Shown one piece after another: positions 25,400 through 38,345 of a DNA stretch of 64,000 nt; position 1 is the first letter of the stretch; every line of letters starts with the position of its first letter. Origin of the DNA: the human T2T-CHM13v2.0 reference genome, Homo sapiens. The DNA is taken from assembly GCF_009914755.1 (NCBI RefSeq), contig NC_060928.1; one strand, 5' to 3'. The notes under the pieces are model-generated. The model did not search any database, was not told the DNA's origin, and saw only the letters and a program-made list of their open reading frames with translations. Made by a program: the position numbers and the translations under genes.

Positions 25400-25780
25400 C
25401 CAGCTGTGTAACCTAGCCTCAGTTCATCTCATTGTACCATCTTTAACATAGAAACACAAATTCCTATCTTAGAGAGTCACTGGGAGAATTAAATGAGATA
25501 ATGCGGCTGTTGTGCTTGGCACATAGAAAGCATTTAGTAAAGGTTAGTGATTTTGTAGTTTAGTGGTTGGAGGTACAGCACCTGGAGCCAAACTGCCTGG
25601 GTTCAAATCTTGGTTCCTTCACGGTGAGATGCGTGACTTTGGGAGAATTACTTCATGTGGGCCTACTGTCTTTAAAATGAGGATACTTGTAGTGAACGCT
25701 GGAGCTTAGAATGTGGATGTGGATGAAGTGCACACAGCAGTTCTCAGGTTTGTGCTCATGGGGGAAGACACTGATAATGA
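25400..25780 (+). mobile_element. Two adjacent MIR elements
   Basis: gagaattaaatgagataat...tggcacatag, then tagtggtt...tggagccaaactgcctgggttcaaatc...aaaatgagga. Confidence 0.75.
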
Positions 25781-26929
25781 CAATTTCCATGCAACATCTG
25801 GAGGATACAGGACCAGGCACCCCGTCTAGACTCACCTGTGACTCGCCCACATACCAGGCTACTCCTGCATGCCAGGGCACTCTGCCGGGAAGTGCTGAGT
25901 CCATATGTGTGAGGGGCACCCCGTTTTCTGGCACGTGGTGGGCAATCACTCCATTGACATTGCCTCTTAGAATCTTCCTCCTGTTGATCAGAGTGTCCTG
26001 GCCCCTGTGAGCTTGATTTTGATTTTTAGCAGCTGTAGTCCTTGTGCCTTATGGATAGCACAGTAAATCTTTTTTAAAAATATATATATATTTTTTTCTG
26101 TTACGTGAAGCACATCTATTTGTGAGGAAGGATTTTCCTCTGAGCCCTTGTTCCCTTGCTCTTCTGCTTGTGCCGCTGGTGTTTTCATAAGCTCAGTGCT
26201 GATTTCTTTCTGAATATCACTGCCCCTTGTACACAGGTGGTCTGATTCTGCCTTCTGCCCCAGTGAGGGTGGGCTGAGCCCCCTTCCAGAATGACAGAGC
26301 AGGTGACTGCAGCACGCTTAGTGCAGGCGTTGTGCCTCATGGGATGGTGTCTCCTTGGGGATGTATGTCCCAGGCAGGTGCCCCAGGATGGCTCAAAGGG
26401 AGGGCCTAGAGCAGAGTTGACAGCCTTTCAAGTGGGACCCACCAGGAGGTGTCACCTCCAGGGCTCATTAAAGCGTGTCCAGGCTCTCAGATTTCCTTGG
26501 AAACCAGAAACTAAAGGCAAAGTTGGGGGAAGGGTCTTCTGGCATCTTCCTGTGGGAGCAGATGTGGGCGGGAGCAGCTTCCCCCTCTGCCGCAGGGCTT
26601 CGCCACTCCCACCCTGCCGCCTCCCTATACCCCGCAGCCTTCCCACTCCCCTCCCAGCTCTGGCTCAGGCTGCCCTTCTTCTTGCTGATTCCTTGCTCTA
26701 GTGTAGGGTTTCTCCAGTGGCTCTCCACGACACGCCCAGGGTGACATGCCAGTGTGTGTCACCAGAGCTGCCCACGCACAGCCCTCTCAGAGAAAGCAGT
26801 TACAGCGAGCCTGGGGGGTGGGCCCTGTGGGCTGTGTGGGGGAGGGCGTTAGCACAGTGACTGTGACCAGCAGGCAGGATGGGTGGGTGGAGGCCCAGGA
26901 GGAAGGAGAAAGGAGCAGGGAGCAGCAAG

Positions 26930-27865
26930 ACGGGGGGAGCAGCATGGGAGTGGGAGAAGCTGAGCGTGGGTTCTGGGAGGGATGGGGAGGGGCAGCCTGG
27001 GAGGGGGAGAAGCTGAGTGTGGGTTCTGGGAGGGATGGGGAGGGGCAGCCTGGGAGGGGGAGAAGCTGAGTGTGGGTTCTGGGAAGGACAGGGGGGAGCA
27101 GCGTGGGAGGGAGAAGCTGAGCATGGGGTCTGGGAAGGACAGGGGGGAGCAGCGTGGGAGGGAGAGGCTGAGCGTGGGGTCTGGGAAGGGCAGGGGAGGA
27201 GCAGTGTGGGAGGGAGAAGCTGAATGTGGGGTCTGGGTAGGACAGGGAGAAGCAGCCTGGGAGGGGGAGGCTGAGTGTGGGGTCTGGGAAAGACAGGGGA
27301 GGAGCAGCCTGGGATGGGGGAGGCTGAACATGGGGTCTGGGAGGGATGGGGGGAGCAGCCTGGGATGGGGAGAAGCTGAGCGTGGGTTCTGGGAAGGACA
27401 AGGGCGGAGCAGGTGGGAGGGAGAAGCTGAATGTGGGGTCTGGGAGGGATGAGGGAGGATCAGCATGAGAGGAAGAAGCTGAGCCTGGGGTATGGGAAGG
27501 ACTAGCGGGGAGCAGTGTGAGAGGGAGAAGCTGAGTGTGGGGTATGGGAAGGACTGGGGAGGAGCAGCTGGGAGGGAGAGGCTGAGTGTGGGGTTTAGGA
27601 AGGACTGGGGAAGAGCAGCTGGGAGGGAGAAGCTGAGTGTGGGATCTGGGAAAGACTAGGAAGGAGCAGGGTGAGATGGGGAGAAGCTGAGCATAGGGTC
27701 TGGGAAGGACAAGGAGAAGCAGTGTGGGATGGGGAGAAACTGAGGATGAGGTCTGGGATGGACTAGGGAGGATCAGTGTGAGGGAGAGGCTGAGTGTGGG
27801 GTCTGGGAAGGACAGGGAGGAGCAGCGTGGGAGGGGGAGAAGCTGAGTGTGGAGTCTGTGAAGGA
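26930..27865. repeat. G-rich minisatellite, 51-53 bp unit (GGGAGGGAGAAGCTGAGTGTGGGGTCTGGGAAGGACAGGGGGAGCAGC..), about 18 copies
   Basis: gaagctga at 26956, 27009, 27062, 27113 and onward. Confidence 0.95.
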
Positions 27866-29169
27866 AAGATGTCTGGGTTGGATTTCTTCATGGTGTTCCC
27901 TGTAAACCGCAGGGAGGTTTAATGAGGAAATTGACAGTGAAGAACTACAATTCCTCAAGTCCCTCAGCTCTGATTTGGCTTCCTTTGAAGGGAAGTCTGT
28001 GCATGGACTGGGCCATCTGGACCCCTGGAGATATTTGGGTTACAGTGCCAGGCCCTGGATTGAATTCCTATTTAGTAGAGTTCATTGGTTACTCACAGCC
28101 ACCTCTCCAGCCTCCCCCGACTTAGATCCCCATCAAGCTGTTGCTAGAATTACACCCCAGCCTCTTTGCAGATGCTGCTTGCCCCTGCTTGCCTGGCCAG
28201 AACCGTCGCAGCCTCACAGCTGGGTCTGGTCTCCTTTCTCTCCATCCTCCTGCCCCAGGTAGGACCAACCTCCTCCTCCCCAGGGCCAGGCACAGGGGGA
28301 CACCTTGTGTATACTCTAGTGTGACTGGCAATGACTTGTCCCCCAGGGCCGACGTGAGCACATGTGAAATAAGGAAGGGCTCAGAAAACATTTAGAACTT
28401 GTTTTCACATCGGCTGTCACATATAATTGTCACCACAGCTCTTCAGGGTCCACGTTCGAGATCCCATTCTAGGAACAGTGCAGCTTAGGAGCAGAGAGAG
28501 AAAGCGACTCATCCAAGGCCACCCGAACAGGAACGGGGGCTGGGCAGGAAACCCGGACCCTTCCAGCCTCGTCTCAGGACCCCTGCTTGGTTGCTGAGGG
28601 TGAGTGGTCTGTGGAGGGCACGGCCCTGAGCAGCCCGAGGGGAGCTGGCGGCAGACACGATCCTCATGGTGGAAAGCAACACATGTCAACGTGGCGTGTG
28701 TGCCTGGCCTCTGTGAGTCTGGATCCTCAGGGTTCCACCCAGCCGGGGCCTGGTGTGGCCTCAAAGGTGGAGGCTCAATGCGGCCCTGATGCTGGTCCCG
28801 AGAAACCGTGGGACTGAGGAACAGCCAAGCGTGGAGCCTCTGAGGGAAAGGCAGGCAGCTGGGGGCTGCAGGAGTCAGGGCAAAGCTCCCGCCCAGAGTC
28901 AGTGCCTTGGCCACCTCTGTGCCCACTGCCAGTGGGCGGGCCCTGCTGACCTCCCAGCCTATGTTCCAGCCGCTCCCACCCTTCCCCAAGTCTGAACGTC
29001 ACTCAGGTGGAGGATGAGCCTGTTTCCAGAGGCTTGGGGCTACGGCAGGTGGCCCGGGCTTGGGATGTGAGGCTGATCGTACCTGTCCAGGCCAGCCCTG
29101 CCTCCTATTCACCCACAGAGGGGCTGGCATCTGCTGCTTCTCACGGCCTCAGTTCTGGATGGCTGACAG

Positions 29170-29552
29170 CCACTCAGTCCCCTCCAACCTCCAGAGCATG
29201 CTCAGGCCTCAGAGCCACGTGCTTCCTGTGCCCTCTACCTGGAATGCCCTTCGTGCTTCATGTCTCCCTCCTCTCCTCGGTTGCCGCCTTTTTCGGAGAG
29301 GCCCTCCCCACCGCCTCACCCAGAAGAGAAGCCCGTTTCTCCCTCCAGGACCCAGTTCTGCCTTACGTGTAGCACTTATCCCCTGACGTGCAACAGCTCT
29401 TTGTTGATGCTTCCTGTTCGTCTCACCCAGCTAGAATGCGTGCTCCTCTGTCTGATTTGTTCCTGAGGTGTACCCAGCACCTCAGTCAACACCTGGTGTT
29501 GGTGAGTGCTTGCTAAGTGTTTGTTAGTGAATGCATATTTGTTGAATGAATT
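29170..29552 (+). mobile_element. L2 3' end
   Basis: ccctctacctggaatgccctt...tagcacttatc...ctagaatg...tatttgttgaatgaat. Confidence 0.8.
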
Positions 29553-30365
29553 CGTGGGTGGCTGGATATGTGGGGAAGAGATGGAAGGAGGGTTCAGGAG
29601 GTGGCCTGGATAGTTGGAAGGGGTGGACGGATGACAGGTGAAGAGATGGGTAGATGGATGGGGGGCAGTCACTATGGATGCTTGCCTGGGGTGTTGGATG
29701 GATGGGTGGATGATGGGGTGGGTGGAGGAATGGTTTGGCACGTGGATAGCTGATAGACTGATGGACAGATGGGTAGGTGGCTGGTTAAATGCATGGGTGA
29801 TGTGTGAATAGGAGGATCAGCCAGACTGACAGACGGCTGGTGGATTAGTTGGTGTGTGGTTGTATTACTGAAGAGGTGGTTTGGGTTGGGGTGGATGGGT
29901 GAATGGATTCCTGGTTGAATAAAGGGGCTGATCAATGAATCTTTTGCTGATTGGATGGAGGTACTGGTTGCTATTGGATTGATGTGGCAAGCAAGTGGAT
30001 AACTAGTTGCTAAGTGTGTGTTGGGTAAATGAAGGGCACGTGGGTGGTAGGTTGACAGGTGGGTCAGGGTGAGTGGCTGGCTGGATGTGCATGGAGAATG
30101 GGTACGCAGGTAGCTGGATGGTTTGATGGCAATGAATGGCTAGTGGGTAGGAGGACTGTTAGGTTGGGCTTGTGGGAGATGGTGGGTGGCACTGGAGGAG
30201 CTGGGCGTTGGCCGGTGTGTGTGTAGATGGATGGTGAGGCGGCTGCACTGGCAGGTGTTGGTGTGGGGATAGACTCATGGAGGATGAATGGCCGTGTGTA
30301 GATGGATAATGAGGGGGATGCGCTGGCAGCTGGATGAATGGTCATGTGGCTGGCTGGCTGGACTG
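29553..30365. repeat. Highly degenerate (TGGA/TGG)n low-complexity tract following the L2 tail
   Basis: Recurring ggatgg/tggatg/gtgg. Confidence 0.7.
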
Positions 30366-31342
30366 AGCAGTGGGTGACCCCATCCTACAGTCCATCTTGT
30401 AACCCGCCCTGCACCTGGGGGCTCACAGGATCAGGCCCTGCCAAAGCCGAAGTGTCCTGCCTCCCAGCTCCTTTCCTGTCCTCCAAGGACACTTGTGGTT
30501 GAGGGTCTGTAGGACTCTTCGGGACCCTCGTTCTTCTCAGGAAGCCCCAGGTCAGCACAGATCCTCAGCGGGAGTTTTCTGGAGCTGAACCCCGCCTGTG
30601 AGAGGCCAGAGCTCCTGCTGGGGAGTTTCATGGGAGGGGGGCTAGGAGCAGCCACTCAGACCAGAGGCTGATGGGAAACCCTGGAGCTGGTGCTCCCCCC
30701 GTGGGGGTCCTGATGAGAGTGAGGGATTGATTCGGCATGTCCTGATGTGAACCTACTCTCCCGGCATCTGAGCTGCAGCCAGGCCCGCCTGCAGGAGATG
30801 CTGGCCGGGCAGAAAAAGGACGCTAGTTCCTGTTTAAAAGTCAGGGATCCGGAAACCAGTGCTGCCTGGAGAATCCAACAGCAAAAACTGGAGTGATGTG
30901 GTTGCACCACTCTAAGCGGGGCTGGAAGTTGCCTCCCAAAGCTAACGTTAACCTTAACTGATGAGATTCTGACCAGCTCTGTCTGGAAGGTTCTGAGACT
31001 CGTCTCGCTGCGTCTCCACGTGCAGCTGTCACTGTGCCCCTCCCTCCCTCCCACGGTGCTGTCCCCGCCTCACCTGGGGTGGCAATGTGGGTGCGCTGTG
31101 GTGGGAGCAGCTCCACTCCCACCCCCTCCTGAGCTGCATCGGCTGGCTGGGGTGGGGGTGTCTGGGGCTGAACACCTGCCTCCTGGGAGGATGTTGGAGG
31201 CCAACGGGCTTGGCGGGGGGTCCCTTCCCTGTGCCCCTTCCAGTTGGCAGAGCACCAGCCCCTTGTCAGAAGGGCAGCCTTCACCTTGTGACTGCCTGGG
31301 AGCTGTATGGAGTGGGCAGGAGTGTGCGCGCAGGTGTGTGTG

Positions 31343-31921
31343 TGAAATCGTCCCCATAAACTTCATAAAATTAACCAGAGAAGAAGGGAGGGGGAGAAAC
31401 GAAAATTAACCCAGCCCGGCGCCCTCACACTCGTCCCTGGGTGGTCATGCTCTGACGGGCTGCCTCAAGCCTGTCTGCTGCCTGTGGCCCCAGAGTCACA
31501 CAGGCCCGGCCACAAGTCCACTGCCTCCTCGACTGCTCTGCGGATGAGCGCTGGGAACGTGTGTTTCCCTCTGAGATGCCCCTTCAGGCCCTGCGTACCG
31601 AGGAAGCTCCTGACGCCAGCTGGCCCGTAGGACCCTGGAGGACCTGAGCTACCGAAGAATCATCAAGTCCCCACACCTTGATGATTTCAGTCCCTTACCC
31701 TGGCCAATCAGCCAACCCAGTTCTCCAGCCTCTCACCCTCCATGATCCCCTTAAAAACCCCAGCCCGGAACTCTTCAGGGACAGGGATTTGCGGCTCCCT
31801 CCCACCCCCTCACTCACTGCCCTGTGATCAATAAGCCCTTTCTCTGCTGCAAACCCTGCTGTCTCCACGTCAGGGGTGTGTTACAGCGCTGTGGGCATAC
31901 ACATCTGCTGGTCCTGTAACA
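31343..31921 (+). mobile_element. Full-length ERV1 solo LTR, LTR26-like
   Basis: TG...CA ends (tgaaatcgtccccataaac...ggtcctgtaaca), CCAAT, TATA-like ccttaaaaacccc, degenerate poly(A) signal aataag. Confidence 0.75.
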
Positions 31922-32059
31922 CATGTGCGTGCCTCCTCCATCGGACGGGCTCCTTGGGGCGGGCCTGGAGTGTCTGTCGGGTGCAGGAACGTGGTCTCCA
32001 CTGCAGCCTCTGAGCTCATCTGGCGAGCATTGTCTACTTGATTAGGTTATTTCAGAGGC

Positions 32060-32420
32060 GTTTTCTCACTTGGTCCTCCCAGCTACCAGTAAGGAAGGTA
32101 CTAAAAACCTCAATTACATTTATATTTGGGGAAACTGAGGCTCAGCGGGGGACATGACAGAGCAGAAGGCAGACCCCAAGACAGACCAGCAGGCAGCAGG
32201 AGAAGCAGGCTTGGGCCCTGGCTCCCTCTGAGTCCAGAGTCCCTTTCTGGGCTCTTCCCTTGGTGCCCAGTGCGGTGCTGACAACAGGTGTCAACTCATG
32301 GAATCCCCGAACCAGCCCATTTACTGCTGGGGAAACTGAGGCTTAGAGCTGCGCCTGAGCCTGAACTGAGGCTGCAAAGGCAGCGCACACAGACGCAGGG
32401 CCCTCTGCTCCAGAGCCTGG
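32060..32420 (-). mobile_element. MIR fragments
   Basis: ggggaaactgaggct occurs twice (about 32128 and 32330). Confidence 0.55.
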
Positions 32421-35205
32421 CTGTGGTGACGCCTCGAGGCATTGGCCCACCCCACAGCCCCGCTTTGCTGCTGTGGAGCTAGGGGTGTGGGAAGGGGCCT
32501 CGGGCCCGGGAGGGTGGGAGGAAGAGCCCCTGGGCAGCCTGCAGGTGAGACCCTTCTCCCGCTGCCAGCCTGCTCACCAAGCCACCCTCAGAACATCGCT
32601 CAGCACCTCTGCCCAGAAACTGGAAAGATAACTGGGTCATGGCAAAGAGTGAATTATTCCTCCGGAGAAAGTTTTAAAATGCATGAGCCCTCAATGGCAG
32701 AGAGGGAGGCAGTTATGAAGCTCAGAGGCAGTCTTGGAATTGGAGTCACAGAGTGGCTCCTTCCCTGTGCCTTCCGGGGTTCAGGGAGGAGCTGGACAGG
32801 ACCCCCATCCGTAAAGGAGCCCCTATTCTGGTGGGAGAGACAGAGACCCAGACGTGAGTGCTGGCAATGTGGGGAGGTCAAAGCTATGACCTCTCAGGGG
32901 CGTAGGAGGAGAGGGAGCGCCTGGGGCCAGCCTGGAGGGGGAAAAGGAGGGTCAGGGAGCACCCACAGAAGAGGGGACAAGACAATGAGGGGCGCCTCAG
33001 GGGGAGGGGACCGTGCAGGCTGAGGCTGGGGTTTACAATTTCCTAGTGTGGTGAGACTCCTTTGAGGACCGCTGAAAGGGAGGGCACCCCAGCTAGTGCA
33101 GCAGGCACGGTGGGACCTCGGGCAGCACAGGGAGCCCCCTGACCACAGGTGGCCTGAAAGTCGGGATAGGAGAACTCCTACACATGCTTCAGGGCCCTGC
33201 TCAAGTGTCGCAAATCCCTCCCAAAGGCTGAGGATACCGCATCTGAGAAATGGGCTTCTGAGCATGTGTCAGACATGGCCCAGGAGGCATCAGCCAGGGC
33301 GGGGCTCGGGGGCTCCTAGGAGCTGCTCCTAGCTGCTGTGCCCTGCCTGCTGGTCACCCGTCCTGCACTAGGCGATAGGGTTCTGGAGGGCAGCAGGACC
33401 ATGTCATAGGAGGTGTGAATGGGGCTTTGCTGCAGGCTGTGGGCGGGGACTGGGGCTCCTGGGGGCCGAGGCACATGGCAGGCAGGGGAAGAAGCTGGGG
33501 CGGGGTGCAGAGGGTGGGGAGAGAGCACTCTCCCGGCCCAGGCCTCACCCGGAAATGGGAGGTGATTTTCCAGCACAGGCAGCTTCTGGGCTTAGAGGCT
33601 GGACGTTGCCTCAGTGAGCTACGGGCAGTGTTCCTCCTGGGGTGGGGTGGGAGGGGGGTCTTATGGCCCCTGGGGACCTTGGGGCCGGGTGGGGTCTAGT
33701 GCCCTGGGAGGGTCCCAGTGTGGGAGAAGGAGGGGTCGGGGGGTGGTTTAGGCATGTAAAGGGTGGAGATGCCCCTGTAAGTCTGGAGCTGGCAGCCCGG
33801 GTGTCTCAACTGCAGCCTTTAGGGCCGCAGTGGACCAGCAAAGGCTTCACCTCCCTGGGGACCCCAGCAGAGCGCGAGGCAGGAGCCCCTGTAGGCCTTG
33901 ATCCCACTTTTCTCTGGGCGGGCCCGCGGCAGCAGATGTTTGATGAGCCGGAGATGGGGAGCCTGCCTTGCATGGCCTTGCCCTGCCTGCATGGGCGCTC
34001 ACCCCGCCCCACCCTCCAGGAAACTCCGTGGGGCATCACTGCTGCCCCGTGAGGATCCCCCTTGGTGGGTGGAGGTGTGTGGGGGCCAAAGGCGGGGCCT
34101 GAGGAGCCGTGTCTGGGGCCTCAGAAGATGCTGGTCCCCTGCCCTGTCTACACAGCCTGGCTGTCCTGGGGGGATGGGGAGACAGGACACAGGCCACGGG
34201 TCTGTGCGGGCTGCTGTGCGTCTGGGGAGAGCCAGCACCCCGAGGGAGGAGGTGGCTGCTGGGGAGCAGGATGAAGCAGGAAGGGGTCACCCCACTGAAT
34301 GGGGTGTGGGTGCAGTCCATTCGTCCTGAAGCCACACATGCCTGGTTTGTGGCCTTTGACTCATGCTGGTGATGGTCACCGTGTGTCCAGGACAGAGCCT
34401 GGAAGATTAAGAGCGTGTTTAATTTTTACCACTGGCCGGTGATGCTGGTGTTTTCAGAGGGGAACTGAGGCCTGTGGAAGGGAAATAGCTGACCGGGGGC
34501 AGAACACTGCTGGCCAGTGACAAAGGGAGGGACCTACACCGGCTGTGTGCCTCTAACACGCGTCCTCCCACGTGGCACCACCCACAGCGACCCCAGCCCC
34601 CTTGCCTTTCTTCAGCGCCTGTATGGGGCCAAGAACCCGAGACTGGGCTGGTGACTGGGCTGTGACCACAGGCCCCTCCTCTCCAGCTGGGGTCAAACAA
34701 ACACAGCTCGCCCACGCAGGGTCATCTTGAAGCTGAGGATGGAACTTGAGAAAACATGTTTCTTTGTTTGGCAATGAGGTCTGCGGAGGTTTCTGAGGGT
34801 TTGGAGACATTTTCTTCCTGGAGAGGGCCCTCGTTCCTCCCAGGTATTTGACTCCTACTCCCTGCGAAGCCTCCGAGAGCCGTGCTGGGCTCTCCTTCCT
34901 CCGCCGCCTCCTCTCCAGGGCAATAGCCCTACTGAGTCCTTGCTCACCTCCAGATGACTCTTCTGTGGAACTTTCCAGTGGAGAAGGAGGAGGGAGAGGA
35001 GAAGCAGGGAGCAGCCCGGCCTTCCTCCTCTGTGCCCACTGCCCTCCTGCCATGGGCCCTGTCTGGGCACCCACTTAGGGGTCTCCAGCCTGACTGGTGG
35101 CACTGCGGCCTCCCCATGGCTCTAAGGCTGTCTGGGGTGTCCAGGAGTCACAGAGATGGAAACAGATTCACCTCAGTTCCTGCAGTGCCTGCTCCCGACA
35201 CCATA

Positions 35206-35633
35206 TGTTCAGGGTTAGACGGTGTCCCCCGTAAAGTCATGTTCATCCAGAACCTCAGAATGTGACCTTATTTGGAAATAGGCTCTTTGCCGGTGGAATT
35301 AGTTCAGATGAGATATGGGGGTAGGGTGGGCCCTGAACCTGGTGATGGGTGTCCTCACAGGAAGAGGGAAATCCAGACTCAGACACAGAGAGGAGGAGGA
35401 GGAGGCTGAGACGACAGAGCAGACAGTGGGGTGATGCGGCCACAAGCCAAGGACGCCTGGAGCCACCGGGAGTGGAAGACGCAGGAAGGGTGCTCCTGCA
35501 GAACCTTCAGAGGCAGCACGGCCCTGCCCGCACCTCCATCTGGGACGTGGGACTCCAGACTGCGAGGGAGTGGACGCCCGTTGTTGAAGCCCTGTGTGGG
35601 CACCCCTATCGCGGCAGCCCTGGGACTCCTCAA
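35206..35633 (+). mobile_element. MLT1C-like LTR
   Basis: gaacctcagaatgtgaccttatttggaaatagg...gccacaagccaagga...ccttcagaggcagcacggccctgc. Confidence 0.85.
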
Positions 35634-35859
35634 CTGTGCCCTGTCACCTCTCACCCTGCTGCTGGAGAGGCTCGGTTTGCTCCTGGAAGTCGTGACTGTG
35701 AAACGTGGATGTTTTGCTGTGACGTCCATTGCTACTCTCATGCTGGGGTCCTGCTCTCTCTGTCCAGGTTCCGTCACCGCAGAGCTGGACATCAAGGCCG
35801 AGGACCTTCTCAGTGGGCAGAAGTGTGTCTCTACAAATAGTGCCAGGTCCTTTTCATTA

Positions 35860-35946
35860 TCCTCCCTGGTCCCTCCCCTCCCCTCCCCCTTCCCCTCCCT
35901 CCCTCCTTCCCTCCCTCCCTCCCTCCTTCTCTCCCTCCCTCCTTCC
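35860..35946. repeat. (CCCT)n low-complexity run
   Basis: Directly visible. Confidence 0.8.
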
Positions 35947-38149
35947 ATGTCTGGAGAGGACCCCGGCTTGGAGCAGGCATGCTCTGCTCTGTTACCGAGT
36001 TGTGAGGCAGATCTCGGGCCTCCTCACTCACCGTCCCACTGGCCAGGAGTTCGGAGGGCGTGGTTGGGGGCTCTCAGTTGGGGTCTCTCAGTGGGTGCCC
36101 TTGGAGGCTGCTGCCATTGAAAGCGCTCTGGGGTGAGAGGCCGGCAGTGTTTGCTAGGGGTGGGAGCTCAGCTGGGCTGCCAGAAGGTGTCCCCACATGG
36201 GAACCCCTGGATGGGGGGCTCGGATGGTGGCTGTCCCCTGCAGAGAGATGGCCCAGGAGAGTGACGTGGGCTGCCTGCTGCTCTGCACCGGCCTGGACAT
36301 GGCAAATCACTGTGCTGTGTCCACTTTCCAGTGTGGGGCCTTGAGCACTGCCAAGAGGTTTTGCCCCAGGGGCTTCCAGGAGGCCTTGCCATCGTCAGTG
36401 CATGATACCACCTCCCTGGGTCTGAGGCTGCGTCCTGGAGTGCATGGGTCCCTCCGAGGGACTAGGACCGGCAGATACTCAGCGTCCACAACTATGAACA
36501 CCTGAGCAGAGGCGGGCTGGGATCCAGGCCCAGCTTGCTGGAAGCTTCTCCATGGGATCTCTCAGGATCCCCATTTTCTCCCGTACCAGTGAAGAAAACC
36601 AGCATCCACCCACCACAGAGCCCACAGCTCAGGCTCCTGGCCCAGTGGCCTGGTGATGCCTGGAGACCAGGCTTTGTCTGCTGGTCATTGCTAGAGGCCC
36701 CTGGCCACTCTCACTTGATCTCCCGCATGGAACTTCCTGCAAACTCTTGAGCGGAGGCGCAGTGGCCACCATTGCCGACATTTCAGTCAGCAGGACTGTG
36801 GGCCTGGAGAGCCCCGGGGGCTGAGGTTGCAGAATCGGGATCTCAAAGGCCCCCACCGACATCCAGTCCAGCACTTCCTGCTGGAGTCCGAGGACACTTT
36901 GAGCTCCGCCTGGAGCTGTCTGCTGGCCCCTCAGAGGGCGTGATGCGGGATGCGGCTCTGGCCACTCGCAATGTGGCTCCAGGGAGGCCGTCTCTGGGGT
37001 CTCCCCTAGAAAGATCTGTGAACAGGGTAGCCCCCCAGAGGCCCCTACCTTTCCAGTGGCTGAGATGCAAGTGGCTGGGGCCTGGATGTTGCCACTCAAC
37101 CCGTGGTCCCTGCAGCAGGTGGCCCTGGCCCCAGAGCTCGCCGTGGCGCTGGAGGTGCCATCAGATTTTCAGGCCAGTCGGGTGACTCCTGACGCCCCAT
37201 CTCTTCTGGGCATTACTGTCACCTGTCGCATGCCCCAGGTCCGCTCAGCATCTGCTTCCTGAGGACCCGAGCTGACCAGGGAGGGGTGTGGCTGAGGTGC
37301 TTCCCTCGTGGGCTGCTTTGCCCACCAGGGGATCTCCCCCAAGTACTCACGGGACTCTCCAGGGGACCCCCTGTAGAACCAGGACCACCCTTACCAGGCC
37401 TAGGACCCTCCAGGACTCCTCATCTGTGGGACTGGGCCTGGCTGGTCCCCATGACTGAATTGAGTGGTGAAGCCACCTTCTCCTGGCTCCAGGAATCTCA
37501 TGGACCCGGGATCTTGGGTGTTCACCCCTAAATCCTCCCTAAGGCCCCTCAGGCCACCCTGCCCTGCCAGGAGCCCACCCTAAAGGTGAGTGAGAGGCCT
37601 CCAGGCAGAGGAGACAGCCAGGCAGGGCCATGAGCAGGGCCGGGGAGGAAGCTACGTGGTGAGCCCGGAAAGGCCGGCTCTTTGCTTTGGGACTCAATGT
37701 TACTGACCTCATTTTTTATGTATCCGAAGTGATCGTTTCAAAGAACAAGCCATAAAACTGGACTCTGCAGATGTTTCTCCATAAATTAAACAGGCATGTT
37801 TACCTTGGGCTGAAGCAAAACAAACTTGAGGCCCAGGGCCTCAAAACCATCATGGAGGTGGGGAGTGCTGAGAAGCAGGGAGCGAGGGAGGCAGGGCGAA
37901 GGGCGGGAGCAGCGGGAAACCACCAGGCCTCTCCCCTCACCACTCTAGGCCCGTCCGTCTGTCGGTGCAGTGACATCAGCCTTTGTAAAACACAGGGACA
38001 AACCAAACGGTTCCTCCCATCCTCAGTCAACACAGCTGACTGATCACCAAAACATGTGCGTTTCTCCCCACCAGCAAGTGGTCCTGCAGTGGACAGCAGC
38101 CGGGGGTCCTCTATTCAACTCCAACCTGATGCCGTCCACCCAGGGTGAG

Positions 38150-38345
38150 CCTCAGAGCCCACAGTGAGGGCTCAATCCCGCAAGACAGCCCCCGCCCCCT
38201 TCAGATGCTGGTCCCACCTGGAGTGACGTGAGAACCCACAGTGAGGACTCAGTCCCGCAAGATGGCCCCGCCCTTCAGATGCTGGTCCCACCTGGAGTGA
38301 CGTGAGGGCCCACAATGAGGGCTGAGTCCTGCAAGATGGCCCCCA
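38150..38345. repeat. 74-77 bp tandem repeat, about 2.6 copies, inside MER21
   Basis: aca(g/a)tgagg at 38161, 38238 and 38312. Confidence 0.9.

Noticed and set aside
31343-31412. CCATAAA/TCATAAA HOX-like motifs as a unique enhancer
   Set aside because: They are the ordinary 5' end of the LTR26-like element, not independent unique sequence.
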